From contig CM082576.2 in the NCBI GenBank assembly GCA_040954595.2, positions 4,686,760 through 4,750,759 on the forward strand: a DNA stretch of 64,000 bases, read 5' to 3'. Source of the DNA: Balanoglossus misakiensis (taxonomy: Eukaryota > Animalia > Hemichordata). The position numbers were made by a program, and so were the translations under genes. The notes beneath the pieces were generated by a model. That model was not told the origin of the DNA. It made no database searches and saw only the letters and a list, made by a program, of their open reading frames with translations. Positions 1 through 12,567 of this stretch are shown here, piece by piece. Within the stretch, counting starts at the first letter, position 1. Each line of letters opens with the position of its first letter.

Positions 1-23
1 GTAACGGTACACAAACCAGCGTT
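1..23 (-). CDS. IYD: Iodotyrosine deiodinase, third coding exon seen (partial, continues off window)
   Basis: On the minus strand, TTTTTTCAAAATAACAG|AAC GCT GGT TTG TGT ACC GTT AC encodes NAGLCTVT. It joins in phase 0 to ...LTALQ and matches the vertebrate IYD motif ALQNAGLVTVT. Confidence 0.88.
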
Positions 24-681
24 CTGTTATTTTGAAAAAAATCATCCATAAATGATGTTAATTTGGGAGAACAGTTATCAGTTTGTGCTTTTAGGGACCC
101 ATACACACATGAATTTCCAGCTGTGATGTATGGAGAGCGGCATAATGAATAATTCAGGAGAGTTACAATAATCTGACAATGTGACATTTATTTTGATCAT
201 CAATTTTTTAAATGATAGATTAACAGGTGTCAGAATATTTGATCTTTTATCTATTTTGCACTTTTGTATTTTTCGCAAAAAATGTTGCTAAGCAACCACT
301 CAATGGTTTATGGGTAACAGTTTGTTTGCCAAGCTTTCATGAATAGCTGTTCTCATATCTATATTCAGTGGTTATTAATTCTTCCAGGGCAAATTGTGCT
401 TTATATGACATCAAACAGGCTGGGTAATAATAAATCATAGAAATAAAAATCAGGATTTATTGAAATGAGAGCTAGGTCTAGTTATACCATAACCAACTTC
501 AGATGCCTAGACTGTCAGGAACAAGGATATTATGGTGAGATAATGTACGTCATTCACAAGCACTTATTTCTTTTTTCATCCCAGAGCCTTTTTGTCTATC
601 TGATACAAAGTTAGTCTAATAAGAACCGAGACACCTAAAACAATAACTAACTTGATCTCTTCAGGATCACACATGTTTTAC

Positions 682-998
682 CTGTAATGCTGTCAAGAGT
701 ATACCGCAAGCAATGGACGCACTGATCCTGCTGTAGTAGTGGGGCTGCTTCTTGCCGTCTTTGGTCAGCCCGTGCACCTGCTCGAACGCCAGGATCAAAT
801 ACGGCGCCTTCTCCAGATATGGCTTCTCCCAGTTGACCCTCAAAGGCGCCAGGTCGTTCACCCACTTGTCACCCATTCGCTGTCGGTAGTTGATCTCCTC
901 CTCCGCCTCCACGATGGATCTGATTTCACATTTCAAGTCTGGGTCTTCTATCACCACGAACGTCCATGGTTGCATGTGGGCACCGCTGGGCGAAGTTC
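682..998 (-). CDS. IYD: Iodotyrosine deiodinase, coding exon 2 (nitroreductase/FMN fold)
   Basis: Acceptor TTTTCAG|GA and donor CAG|GTAAAA; 317 nt, phase 1 to 0. Encodes [16 protein letters not shown]...[20 protein letters not shown]...[15 protein letters not shown]...[19 protein letters not shown], which contains the IYD signatures PSGAH.xPW, EEEINY and W.K.YL. Confidence 0.95.
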
Positions 999-1872
999 CT
1001 GAAAACAACCAGGCATAAATGACACAGCACATTTGTCACTTTAAACTACAGCCCAAAAAACAATGTTATGTAAACTGTTCACAGTCAGCTAAAGAAAAAT
1101 ATTACCATCATGAACAAAAAATTGTTACTTAATTATTCCATATGTCTAATTTCTTGGCATAAATGCTTAAAACTTTAATAGACAATGATTTAAGAAAAAA
1201 AACCATGCTAACACTGGGGGCATAAAACTGTTAATAATTAAGATGCATACACCTATTCCAATCTCGAAGTAAACTTTTATTTTAGAAGAGATTTTGTTAA
1301 AGTGGCAGTTTAGCTGTGTGTATCAATGACCTTTCAGAGGCAATGTATTCACACCGTCGACCCAGGCCAGCCAGGGAAAACTAAAATAGACAAATGAAGA
1401 ACCTATCTCTGACCACTGGTGGCGCTCTTCAACAATGAGCGTCCCTTTCCAGGTCTGAGATGAGTATTATTTCAATATACTATTATTTGCAACAGTTATC
1501 TCATTATTCTGAATAGTTTTTCACTGCAGAACGTGGGTGCGTACATACTTTTGGCGGGTCTGTATAATGATACGGTCCGTAGTCCTACTCGTGGAGGCCC
1601 TACTTGTACTAGATACTTGTACTATATACTGTCGTAGCCCAGGGTAACACTCAGAAAATGTGGGTCATGTCCTGGGGTCATGCATGTCACAATCAGTCGC
1701 GGGGTGCATGTGGGCTCCAAGTCTGCACAATACGCGCATAACGACCGGGGTGGAAAAATCAAGGATGAACAGTTTCACCTGATCTCTCAAGTATTACAAA
1801 ATTTACAATACTAACGTTGCAATCTGGCAGCACACCCGCTACATTGCTGCTAATGCTATAGACAATACCCAC

Positions 1873-2275
1873 CTGCCGACTTAATGACATTTTGAATAGT
1901 CTCAAGAGGCACGGGCTTTTCACTGAAATGCCTCACGGTCCTTCGACGATTTATAGCACGGTAAAATTCAGCACTTCTTGTGATGGTTTCCTCTGGAGAA
2001 TACCGATCATTTACGTAGGGAATTTGTTCCACATCGTCTTCATTGTGATCTGTGGCTTCTTCATGTGTTTCCACGAGATCACTCTCAGTCAAGTCTTCGC
2101 TGATCAAGCTCAGGTCATAACTGTCTAATTTGCCGCGGGATTTCCCTCCGGGTTTCCTAGTTGTCAATACGGCATTTTTTATCGCGCTGAAGAGAAAATA
2201 ACCCGCTACAGCAGCTATGATGTGTAGCCAATATCGGCTTAGCATAGGAAGGTGAGTCGCTACGTCAAACGCCAT
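1873..2275 (-). CDS. IYD: Iodotyrosine deiodinase, coding exon 1 (N-terminal membrane anchor, acidic linker, start of catalytic domain)
   Basis: ATG at 2275 (MAFDVATH), then hydrophobic YWLHIIAAVAGYFLFSAI, an acidic linker and RSAEFYRAINRRRTVRHFSEKPVPLETIQNVIKSAG. The phase-1 donor G|GTGGGT is compatible with exon 2. Confidence 0.92.
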
Positions 2276-3594
2276 ATTTATCTGGGTTATTAAACGGCGA
2301 TGGCGGGCAGCTGTCAAAAATTACTAGATCAGCGATAACAGTGTTTGGCCTGTGCACTGTGGGATGTGGTGTTGAGGCCACCGTTTATTTAATTAACCCT
2401 GCGACGTGGAGGCACCGTCATCGTCGTCTTTTGATACACTGCGCTGGGTCTCTCTTACACAACTTAACGTAACAGCTGATCAGGGACATTTTTAATAATG
2501 TTTTATGCGCTATTGATGTAGAGTTAGGCGCTGTTCTGTCTTGGCGTACGCGCCACACTACAGTACAGCCAAGAATCACCCAAAGTAAAAACGGCGCTGG
2601 ATCGGGTTGTCACGTTGCTATGAGACAATTTCTTTTCTTGAGAGCGCCGCCAATGGCCAGAGTTAGGTTGTTATACGTTGTAATCGCCAACCACGGACAT
2701 TTTTGTTAATTTTTTGTGTGGAAATGTGTCCGCATACCGGTTCATTCACCTTCAAGGATGCCGTTGAGCCCTTGCTGAAGTATTTTAATCAAGTATTTTT
2801 AGAACTTCGTGACCGTAAAAAGAAGTTAAAAACACTCGAAGGCCACTTGACGCCTTCGAGTTATCAGCTTTAATGCATTTGTGTTCACTTTATGATATTT
2901 TTTTCTCTGCTGGAGTAATTCTCAGGCATGGTACGACCAAAACATGAGCACAATGCAATCAGTCTTAAAAGCAAATCTTTGCTTCGAGTCATCGGTGATA
3001 TTTAAAAAGTGCACACCTCGAGATGATCAATCTTTTCACAAACTAGGCCGTATTCTTACCAGTCCATGTACTATAGTTGCCTTATATTTTCCTCACAATA
3101 ATTTTGCAACCGAATAGAGGTAGGTGGGCGATGAAGCGAGAATGCTGCGTCTCGGAGGCCCGAGGCAGTTGTCTACCCTGCCCTTTGATAATTGCGCAGA
3201 ATGATGCGCAGATCTGCAATCTCACCGGAGCTGCTGGCGCTCAAAATACGTAAATAAAGCATTGTTGCGGACACCAGAAAATGCAGATTGAATGTTGCGA
3301 CCTTTAGAGTTCATTTCAATAAGTAAACTCGTTTCAAAATTTTCTCCAAGTTTCCAGACAATTGTGATTTGAATGCGCCGCTCGTTCCATACTACAGACG
3401 CATGTTCCGTACGGGCATACACAACTTGTAAAATAAATGAAATGCTGTATCACCATTCTTATACTCTTCTCGTTTTTCTATCTACTTTCACGCATTAAAT
3501 ATTCAACATGGCCATATCAATGTTCGCGACGTTGAAAAATAAGTTACCGTTTTACCTTCGATCAGCAATTGAAGCCTACACCGCGTGTACTGCG

Positions 3595-3900
3595 AAGGCT
3601 CCTCGAAAATGAAAGTCTTAAACTTTTTCTCATATTTTGCTCAAGGTTACTTTAGATTACTCTCCCTTAAAATTGACATTAAAAATTTAGGGTCACCGTG
3701 CAAAATTTTGAATGTCAGAACAAAATTGTATCAAATTATCTCAAATTTAACATTCAAAATGGCCGCCGTTCTCTGTGTTAGCTCTTTAAAAATCAAAGTA
3801 CTGATCTTTCTGAAAACAAGACGTTTAGCCTTACACACTTTAATGTAGAAAAGAATTGAAAGGTTTGCAGGACTATCATTCCCGAGGCTCGAACAACCTT
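3595..3900. mobile_element. Degenerate ~300-bp non-autonomous DNA element (MITE-like)
   Basis: Eroded inverted ends AAGG..CCTCG (3595-3605) and CGAGG..CCTT (3883-3900). The interior (gggtcaccgtgcaaaatttt, aaaatggccgcc) resembles, from memory only, an abundant TTAA-flanked hemichordate repeat. Confidence 0.4.
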
Positions 3901-6900
3901 CAAAGGCAGAAAGGCCTGTCAAAATTTGATTCTGGTTTGAATGTATTTATGTTCAAACTATTATTGCCGTTAATAGCCTAAGCATTCCACTATTCCACCG
4001 TTGCTCGGCGACCTGTTAAATACTATGTCAAGGCTTCACAATTACACAACATTGTTTTTATTTTTCTCAAAAACACGGAAAGGAGTCACGGTGGTCTTTC
4101 TGTCTGCGTGCCGTTCGAGTGCATCACGTCAGTTTTGTTCGTTGAAGGCTGTTTTGCAGGAAATTCAGCGTGCATGGATGGGATCATGCAGTGCGTCACA
4201 ACACCGGGTTATATTTAACGGTTTGGATGAAATGAAGCATTATTCTCCGTGTTTTATCAGTGCTGTACTAACACCATGTCATTCCCCCCATTTAAACCAC
4301 GAGCATTTTTATTTTACCTCTGTCTATGAAATATTCGCGAACTGCGTTCACGTAGACCTATGTCTAAAACATGAGTGAGTGTAAACTCGAGTATCTTGAG
4401 CCCAGAAAATCGCACACCAAAGGGCACTTCATGAGATTGTCAAGCAAGTAAACCTTGCCGTTTCTCCTGTCATAAATAAATAATAACAATACAATAAAAA
4501 AATAAGTTACCCAATGGGACTCATGTCACTGTTTATATTCTCCGGAACGTGGCTGCAAATCGTGACTTGAAATAAACGCCTGTAAATTGAGAGCCGGAAA
4601 AAGGGGTCGACATTTGCGTAAAACGCCGAACACATAAACTATATACTTTGTAATGGCGGGAAAGGCTTTGAATAAATAATCAGGCAGTCATTCTAGCAGT
4701 ATTAAACTTTTAGACGTTAAGTGTCTGGTAAACGTCTCAAATTTTCCCAAGGCAGGCAGCGGTGTATTTTAAAACAGGCCACTCGGCGTTCGTTCCATGC
4801 GCAGCAGCCCTGAAAACACCTGGAGCTGAAATCGGAGTTTCCGAGCAAAACGTGATTTGAAGATTTCACAGCATGTTCTGGTTAATTTATGTGTCACTTA
4901 TGAAATATTAATATACTAAAGCCAACATGACATGATTGCGAGTATTTATGGCAGAACAAGAATGTGAAAACTTGAAAAGGAAGAATAAACCCATGAGAGA
5001 AAAACACCAGGCGAGACATCAGTGAACAATGGGACTAGAATGCAAAACAACATAAGACGGCTGGAAACAACAGGTTATTTGCTATTGTTAATTGTCACGA
5101 CATGATTCGGATGTATCCACACGTCCGGCAATGGTTTAAAAAAAGCTCCGAATCGGTGTTTACATCCGTCAACAAGTCCCAATGCGTGCATGGGTATAGA
5201 AGTCGAAAATTTCCAAACAAAACAATACAAATCTACAGTGTGCGATGCAGTCTGGGCGATATTGCCTTTGATTTGATTTTGTATAAATGCGTTTGCTGCC
5301 ACTGAAACGTTATGCTAAACAATCACAAGTCATCGACAGAGTCTGACCTCACCACGACGTGTACTTTTCGATTGTTAAGTGGTAATCGTATTATTGCTGT
5401 CTTCAAGCACAGGTTTAACACTGACTGTAATTTCAGAATTCTACACCGGCAGTGCCTCGTGTTTCACAGCGAGAAAAAAAATCACCATGCATCCTCTCGT
5501 ATATTTCAAATCACATGGCCAGTCTGTTCCGCACAGACTCGTGTTAAATAATACATCCCGAAGACACATACTCCAACCTATTTATTTTTTTTTTCGATTG
5601 CGCGATAACTATCTTTCCAATTTGGCCGAATACTTTTCGATTTTCCCATATTGCCTAAGGTTACTCCTGTTTCTGTCGTTGGATTTCATACAAAATGTCG
5701 ATCCGACATCATGTATTTAGCGTCCGCTTGCAAGACTGGAGAGGGGGGGGGAAGCTTGCTAAAATCGGATTTTCTTATTTAGATAACTTCACAATTCATC
5801 TGATTTACGCGGTTTTTTTCCAGTTTGCCCTATGTCTTATGATTAAATGGTCGCCATCATACATGGAGTGCGCCCTCCTTGAACCGAGTCTGGAACCATT
5901 GATAGAACTCGAGTTTTTCTCGAGTAGCTATATGCTAGAACCGGGGCTGCTTTTAAAATGTTCTCATTTCTCAGATGACAGACATGCTCGCCCAGTCACG
6001 TGTATTTGCATATATACGAGTGTTTACAGCTTAGGTGTACTATAGGGTAAACTTGACAGTTCAAGTGATCTGCTTGTTCCAAGTGTCGACTTCTGTTGTT
6101 TGTCAGAAACTGCAACCAGTCAGGCTTCGGGGTAGCCGTTGTGACATTTCAAAGTCATCAGGGAATGTGTCGAATAGAAAAACATATTTATCTGCACTAA
6201 AAACGGACACGAAGAACACATCTAAGGGCTCTTTAATGACATTCTCAATGACGTATCATGATGCGGAAGTTTACAAGCATCCAATTATACACTGATTAAT
6301 TTTTTTGTAAACATTTTTCTTCAAACTCCTAACTCGGAATAATGCAAAAAATAGGTAAATGTGCCTTTAGCCAAACAAATTTAAATACCTTCACGAAATG
6401 AACGTTTTAGTGTGTATGGCTGTATTTTCCCTTTCATGAAATGTACCGTGTCTATTCACATAGGGAAATAAGTGGCTGAAAGCTTATACGAACGTTTTAA
6501 TCAGTGAGACAGGCCCCGTGTCGTGTAAATGTTGTGTTATATGCTGTGCGTATCGCAGGCATCGCACTGGGGAAAACGCGTAATTTTGCTAAAGTAAATC
6601 GAGCGGGGAAGTCCTCAGTGTTCGTTCTAAGTGTTTGCCGTTCTGAATGCACAAGCTAGCCCTTTCTCCGACAGCGCCAAAATGGCGCGGAGAAATTATC
6701 ACTTTCTTTTAAGGGTCGGTGATATGACAAGAGCGATAGACAGCTGCTCTTGAGATACAGTGATCAACGATGAGACACAATTCAAAGTAGACTCGGCGAT
6801 TAAACAGTATGTATCCAACCTGAAGCGTTAGGTCAGTTGTGACGATACAGTAACAATACAAACGTTGACCTGTACCTGAGGGAACAGGTAAAATGAAAGG

Positions 6901-7344
6901 AATTCATGAATTATGAAAAATAGGATATGAATACGGGATCACAAATATGAATGGTGCGTTGTCAGTGACATGAATAAGTGTCAATGTTCACGACAGAAAG
7001 GGCAAGGCGGGATACAGAGCGTATCTACCTATACCTGCCTGCCTACCGACACACACACTTACATACATACATTACGTAAGATATGGAGAAGATTGGAGTA
7101 TTTAATCGTTAAAAGTAGCAGTTCATGCGGCTTTAATTAATTTACTCTTCACATAATCAATCTGTCAATTCAGTTTGTCTCTCAGTCCCCGTCTTCATCG
7201 GAAGGTAGGTGTAATCCTTAGCGCGAATTATTTTCCCATTTGACACTCAACTGCCGCTTGGCCTTCGACATACCGGCGCTGTGTTGTGATTCGAGAAAAT
7301 GCACGATGATGAATTTAAAATTAGATTCTCGAATCCCGTGCTCT

Positions 7345-7708
7345 GTCATTGGCTCTCGTTTGGCGCTCTCTGAGAAATGAGATCGTTTGTATGAACATTA
7401 AATAGATCATGTGCTATCCGTTGCCATGGGGACCGGGGGATATTGAAGGCCTCGCGCGCACTGCGGTTAAAATTGCACTCTCTCGTCGCCGACTCTCCAG
7501 TGCCGAGGCGTTCCTGTTACACTCGCACTCTCTCTCTGTACCGTATTGGCTGCAGTCGACCGACCGACTGTACGCCGTCTAAAGGCAGACAGAACGCAAA
7601 TCAGGATACCAAGCGGGGCACGGTGAATTCAGACATTTCGACAGTTACCGCCAAAGTACTATCGGTACACGCTGTCGGCATATACCTGTGGCTCTGAAAC
7701 AATACCAG
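7345..7708 (+). promoter_or_regulatory. Putative ANKRD63 promoter and non-coding first exon
   Basis: CpG-rich patch with ATTGG boxes (~7348, ~7545) and an RFX X-box-like GTTGCCATGGGGAC (7420-7433). A consensus donor CAG|GTGAGT at 7708/7709 pairs with acceptor TTTCGTTTCCAG at 10611, upstream of the ATG. Confidence 0.45.
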
Positions 7709-10700
7709 GTGAGTTATATAGTTAATCAGAGAGCGCCGGGATAGAATAGTTTGGGTTATCCGTACACGGGATGTACACTGACGCACAAATATGCGTCACG
7801 TATACCTACGGTATCAGTCTGCCCACACCATTTCCCACATCAATTTATTTAACCCGGTGAGAATGTTTTTGACAGTCCATCTGTCGTCAGATGTTTGTTG
7901 TGATGATAGAGGGGACTTCACGGGCCGATTGCCTAATTAACGCAGGCGTCATCCTCCCTGTCGGGTCATTGCAGCTGCTGCACGTCGGTCGCTGTAAACA
8001 ATTCTCCAAAAATCGAAAGCGTGCGAATTCATAAAAATTGCTATGGCCGACGAAATGCTTGAAAAATTGTGAATGCGTCACCTTTCCTATAGTTTGACAA
8101 ATCGGCGTTCGCGCGCATAGTGACAACTTCGGAAGTATCTTTGTCCATGGAAAAATTTTGTATGATGAAGTGTTTTATCCGAATAGGCCTATATGAAAAT
8201 TTGCAACTCAAATTGCTATATCTGCGGATTTGGCGAGAATCTATTGTCTGACACAAAGGGTAGACCTAAAATGTAATCTCATGGCAATTGTATGAGTTAG
8301 GGAATATGATATGAATATGAAAAGCGTCTTTAATGAGCACATATTCTCAAGGTTCTATGTATACCTCCTCGAGTCTGTTGAGACTTTAACCGTCGTGAAG
8401 AGGTAGTTTCTTTTTGAGCGATGTGAAGCGACGCTTCCTGCTTTCACGGTCGTCAACGTTTTCGGTGGATCTCCGTCGATGACAAGATTCTGACTAAACC
8501 CGAGCCCGAAATTTCAAAGGAGTGGCGTTGGATATTCGCACTGCTTTAGTTTGCATGCACATGTGTAGGCACTATACTGCCATCGTCGCAAATATCATGA
8601 ACATGAATTTATAGGGTATTCAATTATTAATCAGCCTGACACAATTCTGTGTATAGTTGTTATCGTTGTCTATCGTTATCGTTTTTTTTTTCCGAGACGG
8701 CTTGTTCGCGTTCCGCTTTCTCGATCTTGAACAGGAACATACACACATAATTCTTAACCATCCTGGTCATCTGCACTGGAGAAACAACGCAAAGGACGGA
8801 CACTGATTGTTTACCGGGAGAATTTTACAAGAGTTAACTGACAACTCAAATTGAAGATCTGCAGGTCGATATAGGAGCATGGTCGCGAGAGAGTGAAATT
8901 GAAAAGTCACATATTGCCACCCTCGGTTTCCACAGAAACGCGTGACGATGGGTTGCATGATCTCTTCTAGACTCAGCCTAACGTGGCTTGATGTTAGCGT
9001 GCGCATGGCAGGAAAACGTGTTATAAGACTCGGAGACCGAATTGCTGCCTTTGAAAGAAGTCAATGCAGCGGTCATATTGGCATTGAAAGAACAGGCAAC
9101 AAAAAATGAAAACCTTTAATGGAAAACTAGGCAGGGGTTGTCACGCACGCCTTTTCCTTTTCGCAGAACGAGTCAGCATGCTTGGTCAGCATGTGTTCTT
9201 TCCGTCATTACTTCATTACAGAGCCGGTATGGATAGCCCTCTTTCTCAAACTATACTAATTTAAAAGCCCAAGTCTGTCAGGCGTTCAGTTGTAGCCTAC
9301 ACTCGTTCAAACCTCAATCTAGACCATACAGTGGCAAGGTCATCGCGTTCTCATTCTTGAACTTTACTTAAATTCGGCTCAGACGCTATACTTGAAAAAT
9401 TACATGACCATTTTTCTTAAGACCATCACACAACTTTATTGCTTTCTTGCTTGTTTAAACAATCGCCCCAGGGTCTTTGTGTAAATATGTTACTTCATTA
9501 CATGCTAACATAGGTTTAAATAGCTCCCAAAGGGCTGTCATCGTTTTAATTATTAGAATTTATCATTAGTTCGACGAATTGTAAATGCTTTTATCGGAAA
9601 AAAAGATACAGTGACATTTTTACCCAAATAGTTAATTAACAGTGAAATAACATTGAATCGTGAGTCGAGAAACCAGCGACATTAATTTTATTCTGCTAAA
9701 TATAGGTGATTCGTGTCAGCGAGCTTGTATTTAGCGGAAGGGGGCGGTGAGTATATAGCCGTGGGACTGGGTTACAAACTACAATTTACAAAGACCTGTG
9801 ACGACATATTATACGCAAAACGCTCCCGTTGCCAACGCTGAAAAAAACCTCCTCCAACTCTGATTTGGATGTATTTCTCGCCGAAGGAGCTAGTCGTAAT
9901 CTGCCACGAAGGCGCGACAGCCGTGATATGTGAAAATTGAGGTATCGAATGAATATCGACACCATTAGAGCTCGCATTTCGACGGTGATGTGGAGGTCGG
10001 ATCGACGGTATCCGGGCCTTCAGGTGCATATGCCGTGTAAACGGTTAGGGTTTATGCAAACGAGGGATCGCCTTACGTATGCACTGCAGGATAGTCCTTA
10101 TTAGTCCACACTTACAATCTTCATATAGGCCTATCTCTCTTCAGTGGTCAGTTCATGCACGGTCACTCCAGTTTAGTGTGTTTCATGTATCAAAGAAACA
10201 GTATTGCGCGTAAAGCTACATGCCCTTTTTAGGAAACAAGGTCACGTGTTCCGTTGCCAAGTACAATATTTCCGCCCGTTTGGGTTGATTAAACGTTAAC
10301 CACAAAATATACATAAAGCACGCAACAATATTTAGGGCGAACATTCACCAACATTATTTAACGACGAAACGAATGTAGTAACGCACCAAACATTATTCGA
10401 ACGCGACTCAATGAAAAACCTCAACGTCATCAACATACATATTCATACAGGCCAAGCTCACGTGACGTGGGGAGTAATGCAAGATTAAGAACCCTGCCCA
10501 TTACCGTGAAAAAAATGTCAATAGAATGGCAATAGGCTTACATTATAGCCATGTGAATGTACAAAGAACCGAATGCAATATTGATGAAAGCAATCTATGT
10601 TTCGTTTCCAGCTTTGCACAGAGATTGAAGTGAACACGCCGGATTAGCACTCGATGATACGACCGGGGAGCCGCAGATGAAAATCGTGGAAAGATAATAC

Positions 10701-10794
10701 TGTCGCATCACTTCTCATCGCGTCACTGCTCGTCCGTGGACAGTTCGCTTTCAGCTCCTGTCTTGGTTTTATAGCTTGGACTCCCGGTGCTTGG

Positions 10795-12567
10795 ATGGAC
10801 GATTCCTGCTTCAAGTTTAGAATCGAGCGCACAGCGACGATGCCCGGCAGTATGAACGGCCTGCAGCCAAGTGGTTCCTGGTACGAACGCGCGCTCTCGA
10901 TCACCGACCGCCGCCGACGCAGCCTCGGCCAGAGCTCTGGTGCTACGGCGATACACGACGCCATCGCCAAGGGAAAGGTTCACCTGGCGAAGTTCATCCT
11001 CGACGCAGTGGACGGCGATATCGTCAACGCCCGCGACATCCACGGCAAGACGCCGCTCATACGAGCCTGTAAGATCCGCGAGGAAAAGGCGAGGATAAAG
11101 GCCGTGCAATTGTTACTCACACGCGGTGCTGATGTCAATCTGCGAGACAACATGGGACGAACTGCTCTGAGTTACGCTTGCGAATTGCGGTGCAACGATA
11201 TTGTGAAGATACTGGTGCAAAACAACGTCGACCCAGACATAGAAGACAACAACGGAAACACGGCTCTGATGTACTGTGCTAGTGTGGGAAACGACAAAGC
11301 TGTGGAGATCCTCACCAAGTCGTTCCGCCGACTCGGTCTGGACGTCGACCGAGAAAACGACGAGGGCCTGACGCCGCTGATAATGTCCGCGAAAAACGGA
11401 TACCTGGAGTGCGCGACTCTGTTGGCGCAAGAGGGGAAGGCATCGGTCGACAGGCGCGACAGCGTTCGGAACCTGAACGCCGAGGAATGGGCGAGGGAGA
11501 ACGGATGCACTACGCCAGAAGTCGAAGCGTTCGCCTCCATGAGAAGATCAACAGGTGTCAACCGAAAGCTGAGGCTGAAGGGATTGCGCTCATTCCTGGC
11601 CTCCACGTCCCAGAGCTCCGATTCGGATCAAAGCTGCCAATCCAGCTTTGAAGAGGGCGACGAAGACGGTTCAGACAACGAAGAAAGCCAGGAAAGGGCG
11701 CCGTCGTCGAGGTCGGCCAAGCGGGGTTCCCGCGAAATGAGTATCGACGAACTGTCCAAGAAATTCACCGACGTCCAGAGGAGCCGAGGCGTCGTCGTCC
11801 CCAGCCAAACACAACCACCCTCGTTCGACAAGTACAGGTACACCAAAAGGTGCAGTTTACCTAACGTGACTGTCTTTCAGAATTTTCGCTTGGAAGTCAT
11901 TAGAGACGAAGATAACCGCCCCCCGCAGCTGGATGAAAACAGCAGCCTGAACCTGAACCCAATATTACCCAGCGCACAAAATCAGACGAGACGCGCGAGA
12001 TCCCCCAAACTGTCTCAGACCGGAAAGTCGAACAGTATGGATGACACTGTTGACTTTCAGGACAAAGCCGCCGTTGCCGTCCAAACGTCGAATCGAAACA
12101 ACGAAATTGCGTCGATGCAATCCAGAAAGTCCCCCGTTCCACTGTCACCCATGAGGAGGAGACGCAACGACCACTGCATGGTGTTCCCTACCAATGACAG
12201 TCGGCCGCGTTCCAGGCAGGGACATCCGGCCAATTCATGCTTGACAAAGTCGAAATCGGAGTACGTCACAGTCACCTCTCTACCAGCGGGCGCCGGCCCA
12301 AAGCGACAGGGGGCAGCTTCGTCGTCGCGCGCGGACAATATGCGCGGTCCCCAGCGAGACGACACATTGGCCAGTGTGGAAAGCGCAAGTCACATCGAGT
12401 TCGAGTTTGACAGCGAATCGCGCGGTCGCAATTTCCCGGCACTGAGCCCGCGACAAAGTGACTTTGCCAATAACGACGTGTTTTTGCCGCCCATTGGGTG
12501 TTCAGGAGAACCCAAAGTATCCAAGACACCCCGCAGAAGCTCTGATAATTCGGACGTTTCAAACTGA
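10795..12567 (+). CDS. ANKRD63: Ankyrin repeat domain-containing protein 63 orthologue (590 aa, single coding exon)
   Basis: About five ankyrin repeats (GKTPLIRAC, GRTALSYAC, GNTALMYCA, GLTPLIMSA). GKVHLAKFILDA and LTKSFRRLGL match ANKRD63 GKVHLARFVLDA and LVRSFRRLGL as I recall them. Long S/R/P-rich disordered tail and GC-rich codon usage. Confidence 0.88.
   Translation: MDDSCFKFRIERTATMPGSMNGLQPSGSWYERALSITDRRRRSLGQSSGATAIHDAIAKGKVHLAKFILDAVDGDIVNARDIHGKTPLIRACKIREEKARIKAVQLLLTRGADVNLRDNMGRTALSYACELRCNDIVKILVQNNVDPDIEDNNGNTALMYCASVGNDKAVEILTKSFRRLGLDVDRENDEGLTPLIMSAKNGYLECATLLAQEGKASVDRRDSVRNLNAEEWARENGCTTPEVEAFASMRRSTGVNRKLRLKGLRSFLASTSQSSDSDQSCQSSFEEGDEDGSDNEESQERAPSSRSAKRGSREMSIDELSKKFTDVQRSRGVVVPSQTQPPSFDKYRYTKRCSLPNVTVFQNFRLEVIRDEDNRPPQLDENSSLNLNPILPSAQNQTRRARSPKLSQTGKSNSMDDTVDFQDKAAVAVQTSNRNNEIASMQSRKSPVPLSPMRRRRNDHCMVFPTNDSRPRSRQGHPANSCLTKSKSEYVTVTSLPAGAGPKRQGAASSSRADNMRGPQRDDTLASVESASHIEFEFDSESRGRNFPALSPRQSDFANNDVFLPPIGCSGEPKVSKTPRRSSDNSDVSN

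Noticed and set aside
1410-1428. CTCF-like sites (also ~43620-43636)
   Set aside because: Each needs an indel or several mismatches in the core and cannot be told from chance.
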